Source: a bacterium
GTDB taxonomy: Bacteria > UBA8248
DNA: 64,000 nucleotides
Direction: 5' to 3'
Assembly: GCA_965219955.1 (NCBI GenBank)
Contig: OZ244799.1
Span: 3,136,001-3,200,000, forward strand
How positions within the stretch are numbered: position 1 is the first letter of the stretch; every line of letters starts with the position of its first letter. Under the pieces are notes generated by a model. The model was given only the letters and a program-made list of their open reading frames with translations, made no database searches and was not told where the DNA came from. Position numbers and translations under genes: made by a program. Below are positions 27,703 to 38,255 of the stretch, piece by piece.

Positions 27703-30300
27703 CTATGCGCCCACCTCCTGGGGTTTCTCCGCCTTGCGGACCCGAATCTCCACTCCCTGGCGACCCGGCGCGCCGCCCGTGTTGAGGGCCGAGCCCCCAT
27801 GCGCGCGCAAATAACCCTCAGGCGCGAAGGCGACGCCCACGGGCGCGTTCTTGTCGACGTGCGCGGGTAGCCGAACGGCCTCCCCGCCCACTTCGAATTC
27901 CACGAGTTCGCCGTCTTTGGCGCCCAGACTCTCCGCATCGCTCGGCGACAGGGCGAGCGCGGCTTCGGGCATGTCGGCCAGATGATAGGCCGAGGCTGCA
28001 TAAGCTCCCGAGAGCCACAAGACGGGCGTCAACAGCATCCTGAGGCCCGGCGCTTGCGCTTCTTTCTCCGGAATCTGGGATATCTGATAGGCGCGCTGTC
28101 CCTCTCGTCTTAAATGCAGACCCTCATCGGGAACCCGGCCGAAGGCGTCCGCGTAATCGGCGACCAACGAGCGCGCCTGGATCCGGATTTTGTCCAGCGA
28201 GTTCGCCCGCATGGGCCGCTCCATCGCCTTTGCGATATCGGCGAAGGCCCGCCAGGCTTCGGGGACCATCTTGTCGATCATCGGCTTGAGCGCGCGCGGG
28301 AGAGACTGCGCCCTGCGCTCCAGGTTCGTGACGCTGCCCGTTTCCTCATACAGCGTGGGCGCGGGGATCACGACGTCCGCGTACTGCGCACTCGCGTTCA
28401 AATGCGATGTCTGCAAGACGACGAAATCGGCCTTCTCCAGCGCCTCTCTAGCCCGCGCGCCGTCGGGGTATTCCGCCACCGGGTCGCAATCCAGAATATA
28501 AAGGGCTTTGAGTTCACCGCTCCCGAGTCCATCGAGTATGCCGCTTGCATCTCTGCCGGCCTGCGCGCCGGGCGGCCTTCCCCACGCCTCCCCGCAGGCG
28601 GCGCGCGTATTCTCACTAGACAAATCGCCGCCGGGCAGGGCTTCGGGATGCAGGCCCATGTCGATTGCGCCCTGTAAGTTCGGCGCGCCGGTGGCGAAGA
28701 GCATGTTGGCGCGGAGCAGCAGCCCCAGATTGATCGCTTCTGAAACGGCGACCTTCCCCGTCTCCCCAGGTCCTGAGAGGATGCTCACCGGGCCGTCCGC
28801 CGCCAGGATCGCCCGGGCGGCGGCCATGAGGTCCTCAGGCGGCAGGTCCGCCTCTTCGCACAGGGATTCCAAGTCGGCGGAACCCAGGAGCGCGGCGTAG
28901 TCTTCGGCGTTGTCTCCTTCGGGTTTCGCGCCGCCGTCCACGAGGCAGGCCGCCAGCGCGCGAAGCGTCCGCGAGATGCCCCCAAGAACCGGCACCAGAT
29001 GATGCACCCTGCCCTGAACGCGCAGGTCGATGCGCCTTTGGTTCACGTTGACGACCACCGCGCCTGCGCGGTGCGCCTTTCTGATCTGGAGCGCGAGTAT
29101 GGGGTGCTGCGTGAACGGGTCGCTCCCCACGATGATGACGGCCTTAGAACGCCCCAACTCCTCGATGGAGCCCGCGCCGCCCACGCCGCCCAGGGCGGCG
29201 CTTTGCAAGTCCGTCTGCACGATGTCGCGCGTATGAATCCGGCTGTCGATATGGTTGGTTCCCAGGACCGAGCGCATGAAGGCGCCGAACTGATAGGCCG
29301 TCTCGTTCGTGGAAGAGGCCCCGCCCAGACCGGCGATTGCGCCGCCGCCCGCTTGCTCCATCACGGCGCCGAAACCCCTCGCCGCCTCGCCGACCGCTTC
29401 CGCCCAGCCGACGGGCGTCAGTTCGCCGTCTTTTCTGATCATCGGCTGGGTGATGCGCTCATCGCCGTGCGCCCCGCTCCAGCCGTAGCGCGCGACGTCG
29501 CATATCCAGGTGTCGTTCACCCTCTCGTTCTCAGCCGCCGTAACGCGCTTGATCTCGCCGTCCTTCGTCCAGACGCCCTGGCGGCAGCCCACGCTGCACA
29601 GGGTGCAGGGCCCCTGGGTCTCCTCCATCTCCCAAACGCGGGCGGTGAAGCGGTATTTGTTGTCCGTGAGCGCGCCGACCGGGCAGATGTCGATGACGTT
29701 GCCCGAGACGACGCTCGTCAGGGGCAGGTCCTCATAGACGCCCACTTCGGTGCGGTCGCCGCGCTGCGCCCAGCCGAACTCCGCCCCGCCGTCTATCTCC
29801 TCGGTGAAGCGGATGCACCGGGTGCAGTGCACGCAGCGGTTCATCTCGGGCTTGATGAAGGCGCTGATCTCCTTGCTCGGATAAATGCGCCGGAACTCGT
29901 GCGTCCTGCTGATCGCCTTGCCGTAGGCCATCGTCTGATCCTGCAGGGGGCATTCCCCGCCCTGATCGCACACCGGACAATCGAGCGGGTGGTTCTTGAG
30001 CAGGAATTCGAACACCCCTTCCTGCGCCTCGATGACGCGCGGGGTCACCGAACTGATCACCATGCCCTCGGCCGCATACGTGGCGCAGGAGGGCTGGAGT
30101 TTGGGTATCGGCCGGCCGTTGCCGGCGTCGAGCACTTCCACGAGGCAGGCCCGGCACTGGCCCACGATGGAGAGGTTCTTGTGGTAGCAGAAATGCGGAA
30201 CGTGCGCGCCGATGCGGAGCGCGGCCTCCAGGACGGGCAGGCTCTTGTCCATCGTGATGCTCTGATCGTTGAATACGAATGTTACCTGCTCATTCGACAT
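27703..30300 (-). CDS. nuoG: Subunit G
   Basis: CYH...CRAC (N1b), HPLDCPVCDQGGEC (N5), CVHCTRC..CPVG (N4), CTLCSVGC (N7). Confidence 0.97.
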   Translation of the reverse strand: MSNEQVTFVFNDQSITMDKSLPVLEAALRIGAHVPHFCYHKNLSIVGQCRACLVEVLDAGNGRPIPKLQPSCATYAAEGMVISSVTPRVIEAQEGVFEFLLKNHPLDCPVCDQGGECPLQDQTMAYGKAISRTHEFRRIYPSKEISAFIKPEMNRCVHCTRCIRFTEEIDGGAEFGWAQRGDRTEVGVYEDLPLTSVVSGNVIDICPVGALTDNKYRFTARVWEMEETQGPCTLCSVGCRQGVWTKDGEIKRVTAAENERVNDTWICDVARYGWSGAHGDERITQPMIRKDGELTPVGWAEAVGEAARGFGAVMEQAGGGAIAGLGGASSTNETAYQFGAFMRSVLGTNHIDSRIHTRDIVQTDLQSAALGGVGGAGSIEELGRSKAVIIVGSDPFTQHPILALQIRKAHRAGAVVVNVNQRRIDLRVQGRVHHLVPVLGGISRTLRALAACLVDGGAKPEGDNAEDYAALLGSADLESLCEEADLPPEDLMAAARAILAADGPVSILSGPGETGKVAVSEAINLGLLLRANMLFATGAPNLQGAIDMGLHPEALPGGDLSSENTRAACGEAWGRPPGAQAGRDASGILDGLGSGELKALYILDCDPVAEYPDGARAREALEKADFVVLQTSHLNASAQYADVVIPAPTLYEETGSVTNLERRAQSLPRALKPMIDKMVPEAWRAFADIAKAMERPMRANSLDKIRIQARSLVADYADAFGRVPDEGLHLRREGQRAYQISQIPEKEAQAPGLRMLLTPVLWLSGAYAASAYHLADMPEAALALSPSDAESLGAKDGELVEFEVGGEAVRLPAHVDKNAPVGVAFAPEGYLRAHGGSALNTGGAPGRQGVEIRVRKAEKPQEVGA

Positions 30301-30317
30301 CTATCGTCTCTCCCCCA

Positions 30318-31622
30318 TCACATCGCGGCGGGATACGGGCTGCCCAGCGGACAGCGGCCCAGAGAGATGTGCGCTTCAAATTCATCGTAAAACTTCGTCA
30401 AAAACGCGCCGAACATCATGGCGCACGCATCAGAGAGCACGCAGATGGTGTTCCCGCGCATGTTGGGGTCTATCGACGCGAGCGTATCCAGATCGTCGGG
30501 CACCCCATCGCCCCGCTCCATGCGCGCCAGAATCTCGGACACCCAGCCGGTCCCCTCCCGGCAGACCGAGCATTGTCCGCAGGATTCGTGCTCGAAAAAG
30601 GCGGCGAGCCTGCCGGCCGCCTGCACCATGCACGTCGTCTCGTCCATGACGATGACCCCGCCGCTGCCGCCCATGCTGCCCGCCTGGGCTAAAGAATCGA
30701 AATCCATCGTCACCTTGTCCTCATATACTTCCTGCGCGGTGAGGGCCGGCGCGCTCGCGCCGCCGGGAATCACCGCCTTCAGCGCCGCGCCGTTTCGCAT
30801 GCCGCCGCAGTGCTCGTGAATCATCTCCTCGCACGTGAGGCCGAGCGGCAGTTCATACAGGCCTGGCTTCGCCACGTGGCCCGAGACGCAGTACATGCGG
30901 GTGCCCGAGTTTTTCTCGTCGATTCCGATGCCGGCGAACCACTCCGCCCCCTTGTTCACGATGTGGGGGAGGTTCGCGAGCGTCTCCACGTTGTTGATGA
31001 CCGTGGGCCGCGCATAGAGACCGATGACAGCGGGGAACGGCGGCTTTAAGCGCGGGTGCCCGCGCTTGCCCTCGAGCGACTCCAGAAGCCCGGTCTCCTC
31101 GCCGCAGATGTAGGCGCCCGCGCCGCGGTGGGTGTAGATATCGCACGAAAACCCGCTGCCCATGATGTTTTGGCCGATGTAGCCTTTCTCATAGGCCTCG
31201 GCCAGCGCCTTTTCCACCGCGCGCCAGGGGGCGACGAACTCGCCTCGGATGTAGATGTAGGCCTTCTCGATGCCCACGGCGTAACACGCGATGAGGATGC
31301 CCTCGATGAGCTGGTGCGGGTCGCGCAGCATGAGTTCGCGGTCCTTGAACGTGCCGGGCTCTCCCTCGTCCGCGTTGACGGCCAGGTATTTCGGCCCGTC
31401 CACCTGGGGCACGAAGCTCCACTTGAGGCCGCACGGGAACCCCGCACCGCCGCGTCCGCGCAACCCTGAGGTCTTCACCGTTTCGATGACGTCGGCGGGC
31501 TCGACGCCGTCCAGGAGCTTCCGGATCGCCTCGTAGCCGCCCGTGGCCTCATAGCCCGTGATGTGCTGCGCATCCGGGTTGTCGAACCGGCCCGTCACGA
31601 TTTTTTCCAGTACCAACGCCAT
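30318..31622 (-). CDS. nuoF: Subunit F (FMN/NADH-binding)
   Basis: GLRGRGGAGFP, NADEGEPGTFKD, GAGAYICGEET, ESCGQCSVCREG; ATG at 31622. Confidence 0.97.
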   Translation of the reverse strand: MALVLEKIVTGRFDNPDAQHITGYEATGGYEAIRKLLDGVEPADVIETVKTSGLRGRGGAGFPCGLKWSFVPQVDGPKYLAVNADEGEPGTFKDRELMLRDPHQLIEGILIACYAVGIEKAYIYIRGEFVAPWRAVEKALAEAYEKGYIGQNIMGSGFSCDIYTHRGAGAYICGEETGLLESLEGKRGHPRLKPPFPAVIGLYARPTVINNVETLANLPHIVNKGAEWFAGIGIDEKNSGTRMYCVSGHVAKPGLYELPLGLTCEEMIHEHCGGMRNGAALKAVIPGGASAPALTAQEVYEDKVTMDFDSLAQAGSMGGSGGVIVMDETTCMVQAAGRLAAFFEHESCGQCSVCREGTGWVSEILARMERGDGVPDDLDTLASIDPNMRGNTICVLSDACAMMFGAFLTKFYDEFEAHISLGRCPLGSPYPAAM

Positions 31623-31633
31623 TTTCAGGCCCC

Positions 31634-32233
31634 TCAGCCCTGGACTTCGCCGTCTGGTTCTTCGGCGCCTGCCAGAGCGGGCGTTACCACCTCGTCCGCC
31701 CCGATGGGCGAGACGACCTCGCCCTTTTCCAGCGCGCTGAAGATATCGTTCATGATCTCGGGCGTGACGCCCTCGAAGTAGTGTTCGTTTACCTGCACGC
31801 AGGGAGCGCCCCCGCACGCGCCCAGGCACTCGACCGCCTCGATCGAGAACTTCCCGTCCTCGCGCGTGTGGCCGGTGCGGCAATCCAGGCGGTTTTCGAT
31901 CTCGCGCAGCAGCCTGCCCGCTCCCATGAGGGCGCACGAGAGGTTGTTGCACACCTGCACGTGGTATTCCCCGATGGGCTGGGTCTTGAGCATGGTGTAA
32001 AAGCTCACCACGCCCCACACCTCCATGGGGGAGACCTCGAAAATCTCGGCCACATGCTGCATCACAGCACTTGTGATGAAGCCCTCCTGCTCCTGGGCCA
32101 GTTGAAGCGCGGGGATGAGGGCCGAGCGTTTTACCGGATACTTGGCGATGATGCGCTCCAGTTCCGCGCGGTTCTCGGGCGTGAACTCGAAGCGCTCTTC
32201 CTGTCCGGAATGGGGAAACCGTATCAACGCCAA
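31634..32233 (-). CDS. nuoE: Subunit E
   Basis: SFY, VCNNLSC, ECLGACGGAP ([2Fe-2S]). Confidence 0.96.
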   Translation of the reverse strand: MALIRFPHSGQEERFEFTPENRAELERIIAKYPVKRSALIPALQLAQEQEGFITSAVMQHVAEIFEVSPMEVWGVVSFYTMLKTQPIGEYHVQVCNNLSCALMGAGRLLREIENRLDCRTGHTREDGKFSIEAVECLGACGGAPCVQVNEHYFEGVTPEIMNDIFSALEKGEVVSPIGADEVVTPALAGAEEPDGEVQG

Positions 32234-32257
32234 AACAATACCACCCTCTGTTTCACT

Positions 32258-33481
32258 CTAGCGATCTATCTCGCCCAGCACGATGTCGATGCTGCCGATG
32301 GCCGCCACGACGTCGCCCATCAGCCCGCCCCGGGTGATCTCGGAGAGCGCGTGGAGGTTCGCGAAACTCGGTGCGCGCACCTTCACCTTGTAAGGACCCG
32401 GGCTGCCGTCGCTGATCATGTAATAGCCGAGTTCCCCCCGTGGGGATTCGATGGCCTGGTACACCTCGCCCTCGGGCACGCTGTAGCCTTCGGTGAATAT
32501 CTTGAAATGGTGGATCAGCGCTTCCATGTCGTGGGCCAGCTGTTCCTTGGGCGGCGGCACCACCTTGGGGTTGTCCGCCATGAGCGGCCCCTCGGGCATG
32601 CCTTCTAACGCCTGCATGGCGATGCGCCGGGACTCGCGCATCTCGGCGATCCGAACCAGATACCTGTCCAGAATGTCGCCCCGCTCGCCCACGGGAACCT
32701 CGAAGTCGAATTCCTCGTAACCCGAGTAGGGCTCGTTCTTGCGGATGTCATAAGGGACGCCGCAGGCCCGGAGCAGCGGCCCCGTGATGCCGAGCGCATA
32801 GGCCTGCTCCGCCGTCATGGCGCAAACGCCCTCCGCGCGCCTCAGGTAGATGGGGTTGTTCGTGAGCAGTTCCTCATACTCGTCCACGCGGTCTGAGAAG
32901 GGTTCCAGAAAATCCCGGCAATCCTCGTAAAACGTCGGGTAGGGTTCGCGCGCGACGCCGCCCACCCGGAAATAGCTGGTCATCATGCGGACGCCCGAGA
33001 CTTTCTCGAAAATCTTCAAGAGCTGCTCGCGCTCCCTGAAGCAATAGAGAAAGACCGTCATCGCACCCAGATCGAGCGCGTGTGTGCCGAGCCAGACCAG
33101 GTGGCTGTTCAGCCGCGTCATCTCGGCGAGCAGCACGCGCAGGTACTTGCAACGCCGGGGAACCTCCATGTCCAGGAGTTTCTCCACGGCCAGGACGAAG
33201 CCCAGGTTGTTCGACATGGGCGCCAGGTAGTCCATGCGGTCGGTCATGGGGAGGGCCTTGTTGTAGGTTTTCTCCTCCATGTTCTTCTCGATGCCGGTAT
33301 GCAGGTAGCCGATGACGGGCTTGCAGGTGAGCACCGTCTCGCCGTCGAGTTCGAGCACCACGCGCAAGACCCCGTGGGTGCTCGGGTGCTGCGGCCCCAT
33401 GTTGAGCGTCATCGTCTCGGTCTGGATGGGACCGAGCATGTCGCTGTCGAGTGGGTCCGTCTGCCGGGTATCCGTTACCAT
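32258..33481 (-). CDS. nuoD: Subunit D (operon 1)
   Basis: NMGPQHPSTHGVLR, MEALIHHFK, DIVLGEIDR. Confidence 0.97.
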   Translation of the reverse strand: MVTDTRQTDPLDSDMLGPIQTETMTLNMGPQHPSTHGVLRVVLELDGETVLTCKPVIGYLHTGIEKNMEEKTYNKALPMTDRMDYLAPMSNNLGFVLAVEKLLDMEVPRRCKYLRVLLAEMTRLNSHLVWLGTHALDLGAMTVFLYCFREREQLLKIFEKVSGVRMMTSYFRVGGVAREPYPTFYEDCRDFLEPFSDRVDEYEELLTNNPIYLRRAEGVCAMTAEQAYALGITGPLLRACGVPYDIRKNEPYSGYEEFDFEVPVGERGDILDRYLVRIAEMRESRRIAMQALEGMPEGPLMADNPKVVPPPKEQLAHDMEALIHHFKIFTEGYSVPEGEVYQAIESPRGELGYYMISDGSPGPYKVKVRAPSFANLHALSEITRGGLMGDVVAAIGSIDIVLGEIDR

Positions 33482-33499
33482 AACCAGCTCCCGTAGTCC

Positions 33500-34060
33500 T
33501 TATTCCGCCGCCTTCGGCTTGCCCGCGGGGGTATCCCGGAACGTAAACGCCACTGGCTCGGAGGAGATGTCGAAATCCTTTCGGTGGGGATGGCCCTCGA
33601 ACCCCTCGGGCGTCAGGATACGCTCGAGTTCGGGATGTCCCTCGAAGGTGATTCCCAGAAGGTCGTACGCCTCGCTCTCATGGAGTCTCGCGCCCGGCCA
33701 TATCCCGCAGACGCTGGGCATCGCCGGTTCGAGATCGTCCGCGCAGGGGGCTTCGATGCGCAGACGCCGCGATTTCTCGGGATTCAGGAGCGAATACGTC
33801 ACCTTGAAACGGTAGGAAACCGGCAACTCCAGACAATCCACCCCGCAGACGAAGCTCAGCAGCTTGTAGCCTCTCTCGTCGCGCAGAAAGCGCGCCGCAT
33901 CGAGCAGGGCGGCCGGCGCGACCTGCGCGGAAATCTGGCCGCGATGTTCCGTCGCCCCGAGAAAGCCTCCCCCGATTTTCGCCTGAAGCAAAACGAGGTC
34001 GGGGTCTTTCTTCTCGATCGGCTCCTCGGCCTCGGCTTGTTCCCGCTCCTCTTCATTCAA
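33500..34060 (-). CDS. nuoC: Subunit C (operon 1)
   Basis: E.EAYDLLGI.FEGHP.L.RIL, GHP.RKDF. Confidence 0.94.
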   Translation of the reverse strand: MNEEEREQAEAEEPIEKKDPDLVLLQAKIGGGFLGATEHRGQISAQVAPAALLDAARFLRDERGYKLLSFVCGVDCLELPVSYRFKVTYSLLNPEKSRRLRIEAPCADDLEPAMPSVCGIWPGARLHESEAYDLLGITFEGHPELERILTPEGFEGHPHRKDFDISSEPVAFTFRDTPAGKPKAAE

Positions 34061-34170
34061 CGGCTCAATCCTTTATTTTTCAAATGTTTGTTTCACTTTA
34101 CGAACAAGCCCGCATCCTGTATTCGCACCGGTTTTCAACTCAGGTGGCGTGGGGGGCTTTCGCGCATCTT

Positions 34171-34668
34171 CTAAAGCGAGGTGACGCCGGAATCCTCTCG
34201 GTAGAGCGTTTCATCCGCAATCTTCGCCTGGAGCTTCATGATCCCGTCGATGAGCGTCTCGGGACGCGGCGGGCAGCCCGGCACGTAGATATCGACGGGC
34301 ACGACTTCGTCCACGCCCTGCACGAGGGCGTAGTTGTTGAATATCCCGCCCGTGGACGCGCACGCGCCCATCGAGATCACCCATTTCGGTTCGGGCATCT
34401 GATCGTATATCTGCCGGAGCACGGGCGCCATCTTCCGCGACACCCGGCCCGCCACGATCATCAAATCCGCCTGGCGGGGCGACGCGCGGAACACCTCGGC
34501 GCCGAAGCGCGAAATGTCGTATTTCGCCGCCGAGGTCGACATCATCTCGATAGCGCAGCACGCCAGCCCGAAAAGCGCGGGCCACAGGCTGTTCTTGCGC
34601 GCCCATTTGATGACGTCGGTCGCGCGGCCCAGCACCACCTGGCCTTCGAGTTGTTGTTCTAGTCCCAT
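34171..34668 (-). CDS. nuoB: Subunit B (operon 1)
   Basis: [26 protein letters not shown]. Confidence 0.96.
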   Translation of the reverse strand: MGLEQQLEGQVVLGRATDVIKWARKNSLWPALFGLACCAIEMMSTSAAKYDISRFGAEVFRASPRQADLMIVAGRVSRKMAPVLRQIYDQMPEPKWVISMGACASTGGIFNNYALVQGVDEVVPVDIYVPGCPPRPETLIDGIMKLQAKIADETLYREDSGVTSL

Positions 34669-35015
34669 TCGAGCGCTCCCCGGCGCCATTCGTATATCAG
34701 ACTGGCCACCAGCAAAGCCATGAAAGGCAGAATCGCGACGAACCCGTATACGCCCAGGCTCTTCAGGTTCACCGCCCACGGAAACAGGAAGATGGTCTCC
34801 ACGTCGAAGACGATGAACAGGATCGCCACCAGAAAGAATTTCACGCTGAAGCGCCCGCGCGCGTTCGATTGGGGCACGATGCCGCACTCATAGGCGACGT
34901 CCTTCTCCACCGTGGACTTGCGCCTGCCCAGGAGAAACGTCACGCCCAGGTTCACGATGGCGAACCCGACCGCCAGCGCCAGCAGAATCAATATGGGTAA
35001 ATACTCTTCCGGCAT
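34659..35015 (-). CDS. nuoA: Subunit A (operon 1)
   Basis: [22 protein letters not shown]. Confidence 0.96.
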   Translation of the reverse strand: MPEEYLPILILLALAVGFAIVNLGVTFLLGRRKSTVEKDVAYECGIVPQSNARGRFSVKFFLVAILFIVFDVETIFLFPWAVNLKSLGVYGFVAILPFMALLVASLIYEWRRGALEWD

Positions 35016-35082
35016 TTCCCGCCCCCACGGCGCTCGGACACGCGCCTTTTTCTCATGCCACATGGGATGTCAAATCGAGCGC

Positions 35083-35111
35083 ATCTTACGGCTGGCATCC
35101 CGTGGTGTCAA
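35083..35111 (-). promoter_or_regulatory. Sigma70-type promoter of nuo operon 1
   Basis: Minus-strand TTGACA-17 nt-TAAGAT, about 70 bp upstream of nuoA. Confidence 0.7.
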
Positions 35112-35324
35112 CAATTCGCCGCCGCATACTCCATAAACCAAAAACCAACCCAAACTCCATACAACCCCTGCTCTATATTGTTGCTCACGCACAGGAATTT
35201 TACCGTTTTCTCTCTCTTGAAAATAGGGTATTTTGTTCTTGCCGCCATCTACCGCCCGGGAGAATGGCGCGCCTGTACGAATACCCGTGACGTTCTCCCG
35301 CGCGCGGGCATGAGGGTTTGAGCC

Positions 35325-36455
35325 ATGAACGAACCGAATCCACTCACCAGGGCGCATCTCGACGCCTTGAAACGCGAATTCGAGGAACTGGCGCAGCGGC
35401 AGGTGGGCTATCCCTGCAACCAGAGTTTCGATTATTCGGAGTTGACGCCCTTTCTGGAATACACCCTCAACAACGTGGGCGACCCCTTTCACGACAGCAA
35501 TTTCCGCAGCAACACGCACGAGATCGAGCGCGAGGTCATCGCCCGGTTCGCCTCCCTGATGCACCTGGAACAGGAGCAGGCCTGGGGCTACGTCACCTCC
35601 GGCGGAACCGAGGGGAACATGTACGGCATCTATATGGGGCGCGAGCTGTTCCCGGACGGGGTGGTGTATTTCTCGCAGGACACGCACTACAGCGTCCTCA
35701 AGATCCTGCGCGTGCTGAACGTGCGCAACATCATGATCAAGAGTCAGGAAAACGGAGAAATCGACTACGAGGACCTCCGCGAGACCATCCGCATCCACCG
35801 CGACGCGCCGGTCATCTTCATGGCGAACATCGGCTCCACGATGAAAGGCGCCGTGGACGACGTGAGCAGGGTGCGCGGCATCCTCGACGACCTGGCCGTC
35901 ACGAACGCCTACATCCACGCGGACGCCGCCCTGAGCGGCATGATCCTGCCCTTCGTCGATGAGCCGCAGCCCTACGGCTTCGACGCCGGTTTCGACAGCG
36001 TCTCCATCAGCGGGCACAAGCTCATCGGCTGTCCGCTGCCCTGTGGCGTCGTGCTGACGAAACGCGATTACGTGGCGCGCATCGCGCGTTCGATAGAATA
36101 CGTGGGCGTGCTCGACACCACGCTGCCCGGCTCGCGCAACGCGCTGACGCCGCTCATGCTCTGGTACGCCTTCGAGCGCCTGGGGATGGAGGGATTCCGG
36201 GAGCTGGTGGCGGAAATGCTGGCGGTCGCCGAGTACGCGGTCGAGCGCTTCGGCGAGTTCGGCGTCCCCGCGTGGCGCCACAAGAACTCGGTGACGGTCG
36301 TTTTCCCGAGACCCCCGGGCGAGGTGTCGCGCAAGTGGCAGATCGCGCCGCTGGGCGACATCGCCCACATCATCACCATGCCGCACGTCACGCGCGAGAT
36401 GGTGAACGAGTTCGTCGACGACTGCGTGAAGCAAAAACACAGGCAAACGGCCTGA
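35325..36455 (+). CDS. hdcA: PLP-dependent histidine decarboxylase (group II)
   Basis: GYP.N..FDY, NNVGDPF, WGYVTSGGTEGN, THYS, HADAALSG, SGHK (PLP lysine). Confidence 0.85.
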   Translation: MNEPNPLTRAHLDALKREFEELAQRQVGYPCNQSFDYSELTPFLEYTLNNVGDPFHDSNFRSNTHEIEREVIARFASLMHLEQEQAWGYVTSGGTEGNMYGIYMGRELFPDGVVYFSQDTHYSVLKILRVLNVRNIMIKSQENGEIDYEDLRETIRIHRDAPVIFMANIGSTMKGAVDDVSRVRGILDDLAVTNAYIHADAALSGMILPFVDEPQPYGFDAGFDSVSISGHKLIGCPLPCGVVLTKRDYVARIARSIEYVGVLDTTLPGSRNALTPLMLWYAFERLGMEGFRELVAEMLAVAEYAVERFGEFGVPAWRHKNSVTVVFPRPPGEVSRKWQIAPLGDIAHIITMPHVTREMVNEFVDDCVKQKHRQTA

Positions 36456-36467
36456 GGAGGATTCCGG

Positions 36468-36860
36468 ATGAACCGAATCATCATCACGGTGCGCGACGAG
36501 GTCGGCGTCATCGCGGACATCAGCAAGGCGCTCGCCGATGAGAACATCAACATCGAAGCCCTGAACACCGAGGTCGCAGGCGAGAAGGGCGTCGTCATCC
36601 TGACCACGAACGAGTCCGACCGCGCCCTGCGCGTGCTCATGAACGCGGGCTTCCGGGCGATCTCGGACGAGGCGATGATCATCAGGCTGCGCGACGAGCC
36701 GGGCGCCCTCGCCAAGGTGGCGGAGAAATTCAAGATCGCGGGCGTGAACATCCAGAGCATGCACATCCTGAACCGCCACGCCGGCTACGCGAACGTCGCC
36801 CTGACCGCGGACGACGAGGCGAAGGCCAAGGTGCTGTTAGAGGGCGAGGACGTGCTCTAA
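36468..36860 (+). CDS. Tandem ACT-domain protein
   Basis: DEVGVIADIS..LA..NINI and DEPGALAKVA......VNI; GAGGAG RBS. Confidence 0.85.
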   Translation: MNRIIITVRDEVGVIADISKALADENINIEALNTEVAGEKGVVILTTNESDRALRVLMNAGFRAISDEAMIIRLRDEPGALAKVAEKFKIAGVNIQSMHILNRHAGYANVALTADDEAKAKVLLEGEDVL

Positions 36861-36874
36861 AAATTCCCGTAAGA

Positions 36875-37361
36875 GTCATTCCCGGTTTTGTAGTCGGTCA
36901 GGCCCCTGTGCCTGTTCGATGGAGGACAACCACAGGGGGTTGTCCCTACGGTCTCCGAATTCACCATCGGCCAGACTGCAAGTTGCCGTCATTCCGGGGC
37001 ATGCCGGAATCCAGTGGCTTCGCTTTTGTATTTGTCTTTTCTCTTTATCGTTTTTCTTGGCCCTCCTGCGATTCGGTATCCCCGTCTGCTCTGGATTCCG
37101 GCATGCGCCGGAATGACGACCAAAAACGAACGAAGGGGCAGGCATAAATCCACCCCTGTGGATGCGCACCGCTTTTGTAGGGACAGGTCGCGACCTGTCC
37201 CTGCGAGCAACAACCACGGGGGGCAGAGTGGGAAAACCGACCCAAAAGGGAAGAACACTCAAAGCGCGGCCTCAATAATTACTCTCCCCTTGAGGGGTCG
37301 AGCTTGCCGAGGATGGAAATTTGCGATGGATTTGTAGGGGCCGCTCGCGAACGGCCCCTAC
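36875..37361. repeat. Mosaic cluster of REP-like palindromes
   Basis: GTAG-type units at 36890-36949, 37177-37204, 37334-37361; GTCATTCCG...CGGAATGAC pair at 36988-37117; partial CTCCCCTTGAGGGG near 37280. Confidence 0.85.
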
Positions 37362-37385
37362 GGGCGGTATCTCCTGGCGGACGGC

Positions 37386-38255
37386 TCACCCCGCCAGGAT
37401 CAGCAACACGATTCCCGCCAGGATCACCACGCCGCCCAGCAGCGTCTCGCGGACGCGCTCGCGCTCCTTGAAGAAGACGTAGCCGATCCCGACCGCCAGG
37501 AGAATCTCGACCTGTTTCACCGATTCCACATAAGAAGTGAGCGTGAGGCGGTAGGCCTCCGCCTGGGCCAGGCTCGTGATGAAGGCGAACAGCCCCAGGG
37601 AGACGAAGCCTTTCCAGAGTTTGGGCGCGTCCTTGAAGTGCTCGGCGGATTTCCACAACGTCAGGGGCAGCACGACGAGCGACGCCGCCGCATAAGTCAT
37701 GAACGTCCCGAAAGTCGCGTCCGAGAGCACCGCCGCTTGCTTGAACGTGATCACCGAAGGCGCGTACAGCAGCGAGGCGAGCACGGTGTAGCGCATCCCC
37801 TTGTCGGTGAACAGCGCGCGGACGGGCTCGAACCAGCCGATTTTTGCGCGCGAGACGTTCAGTCCGTAGACGCCCGCGAGGGTGACGAGGATGCCCACGA
37901 GCCCCCAGGCGGAGGGCGTCTCGCCCAGCGTGATGAAAGCGAGCACCACCAGCCAGATGGTCGCGAGCTTCCACAGCGAGGTCACCACGCCCATCGAACC
38001 GTAGAGGAGCGCCTTCGAGAGCGAGAGCGTGGCCGCCGTCTGCAGGAAGCCGAAGAGGACGCAATACCACCAGAAGCCGGGCTGTATCTCGGGCATGCCC
38101 CGCATCCACACCGCGGCGGCCGCGAAGGGGAGCAGGAACGCGAACCGCCCCAGCACGTTGATGTACTCATCGAGCTTGTGGCCGATGGATTTCATCGCCG
38201 CGTTTCTGAGCACCTGCGCGAGGGCCGCTATGACGGCGAGCGTCACCCAGTCCAT
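37386..38255 (-). CDS. DMT/EamA-family transporter
   Basis: About 289 aa, two hydrophobic halves; LGETPS, FFKER. Confidence 0.85.
   Translation of the reverse strand: MDWVTLAVIAALAQVLRNAAMKSIGHKLDEYINVLGRFAFLLPFAAAAVWMRGMPEIQPGFWWYCVLFGFLQTAATLSLSKALLYGSMGVVTSLWKLATIWLVVLAFITLGETPSAWGLVGILVTLAGVYGLNVSRAKIGWFEPVRALFTDKGMRYTVLASLLYAPSVITFKQAAVLSDATFGTFMTYAAASLVVLPLTLWKSAEHFKDAPKLWKGFVSLGLFAFITSLAQAEAYRLTLTSYVESVKQVEILLAVGIGYVFFKERERVRETLLGGVVILAGIVLLILAG

Noticed and set aside
30318-32018. Apparent N-terminal extensions on NuoF, both NuoBs, the DMT (to 39017) and the MFS (from 39304)
   Set aside because: They overlap neighbouring real genes in other frames or strands; downstream starts fit RBS or coupling better.
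10554-35015. Second nuo operon as an assembly duplicate or recent copy of the first
   Set aside because: Paralogs differ substantially in sequence, indels and gene content; this is an old divergence.
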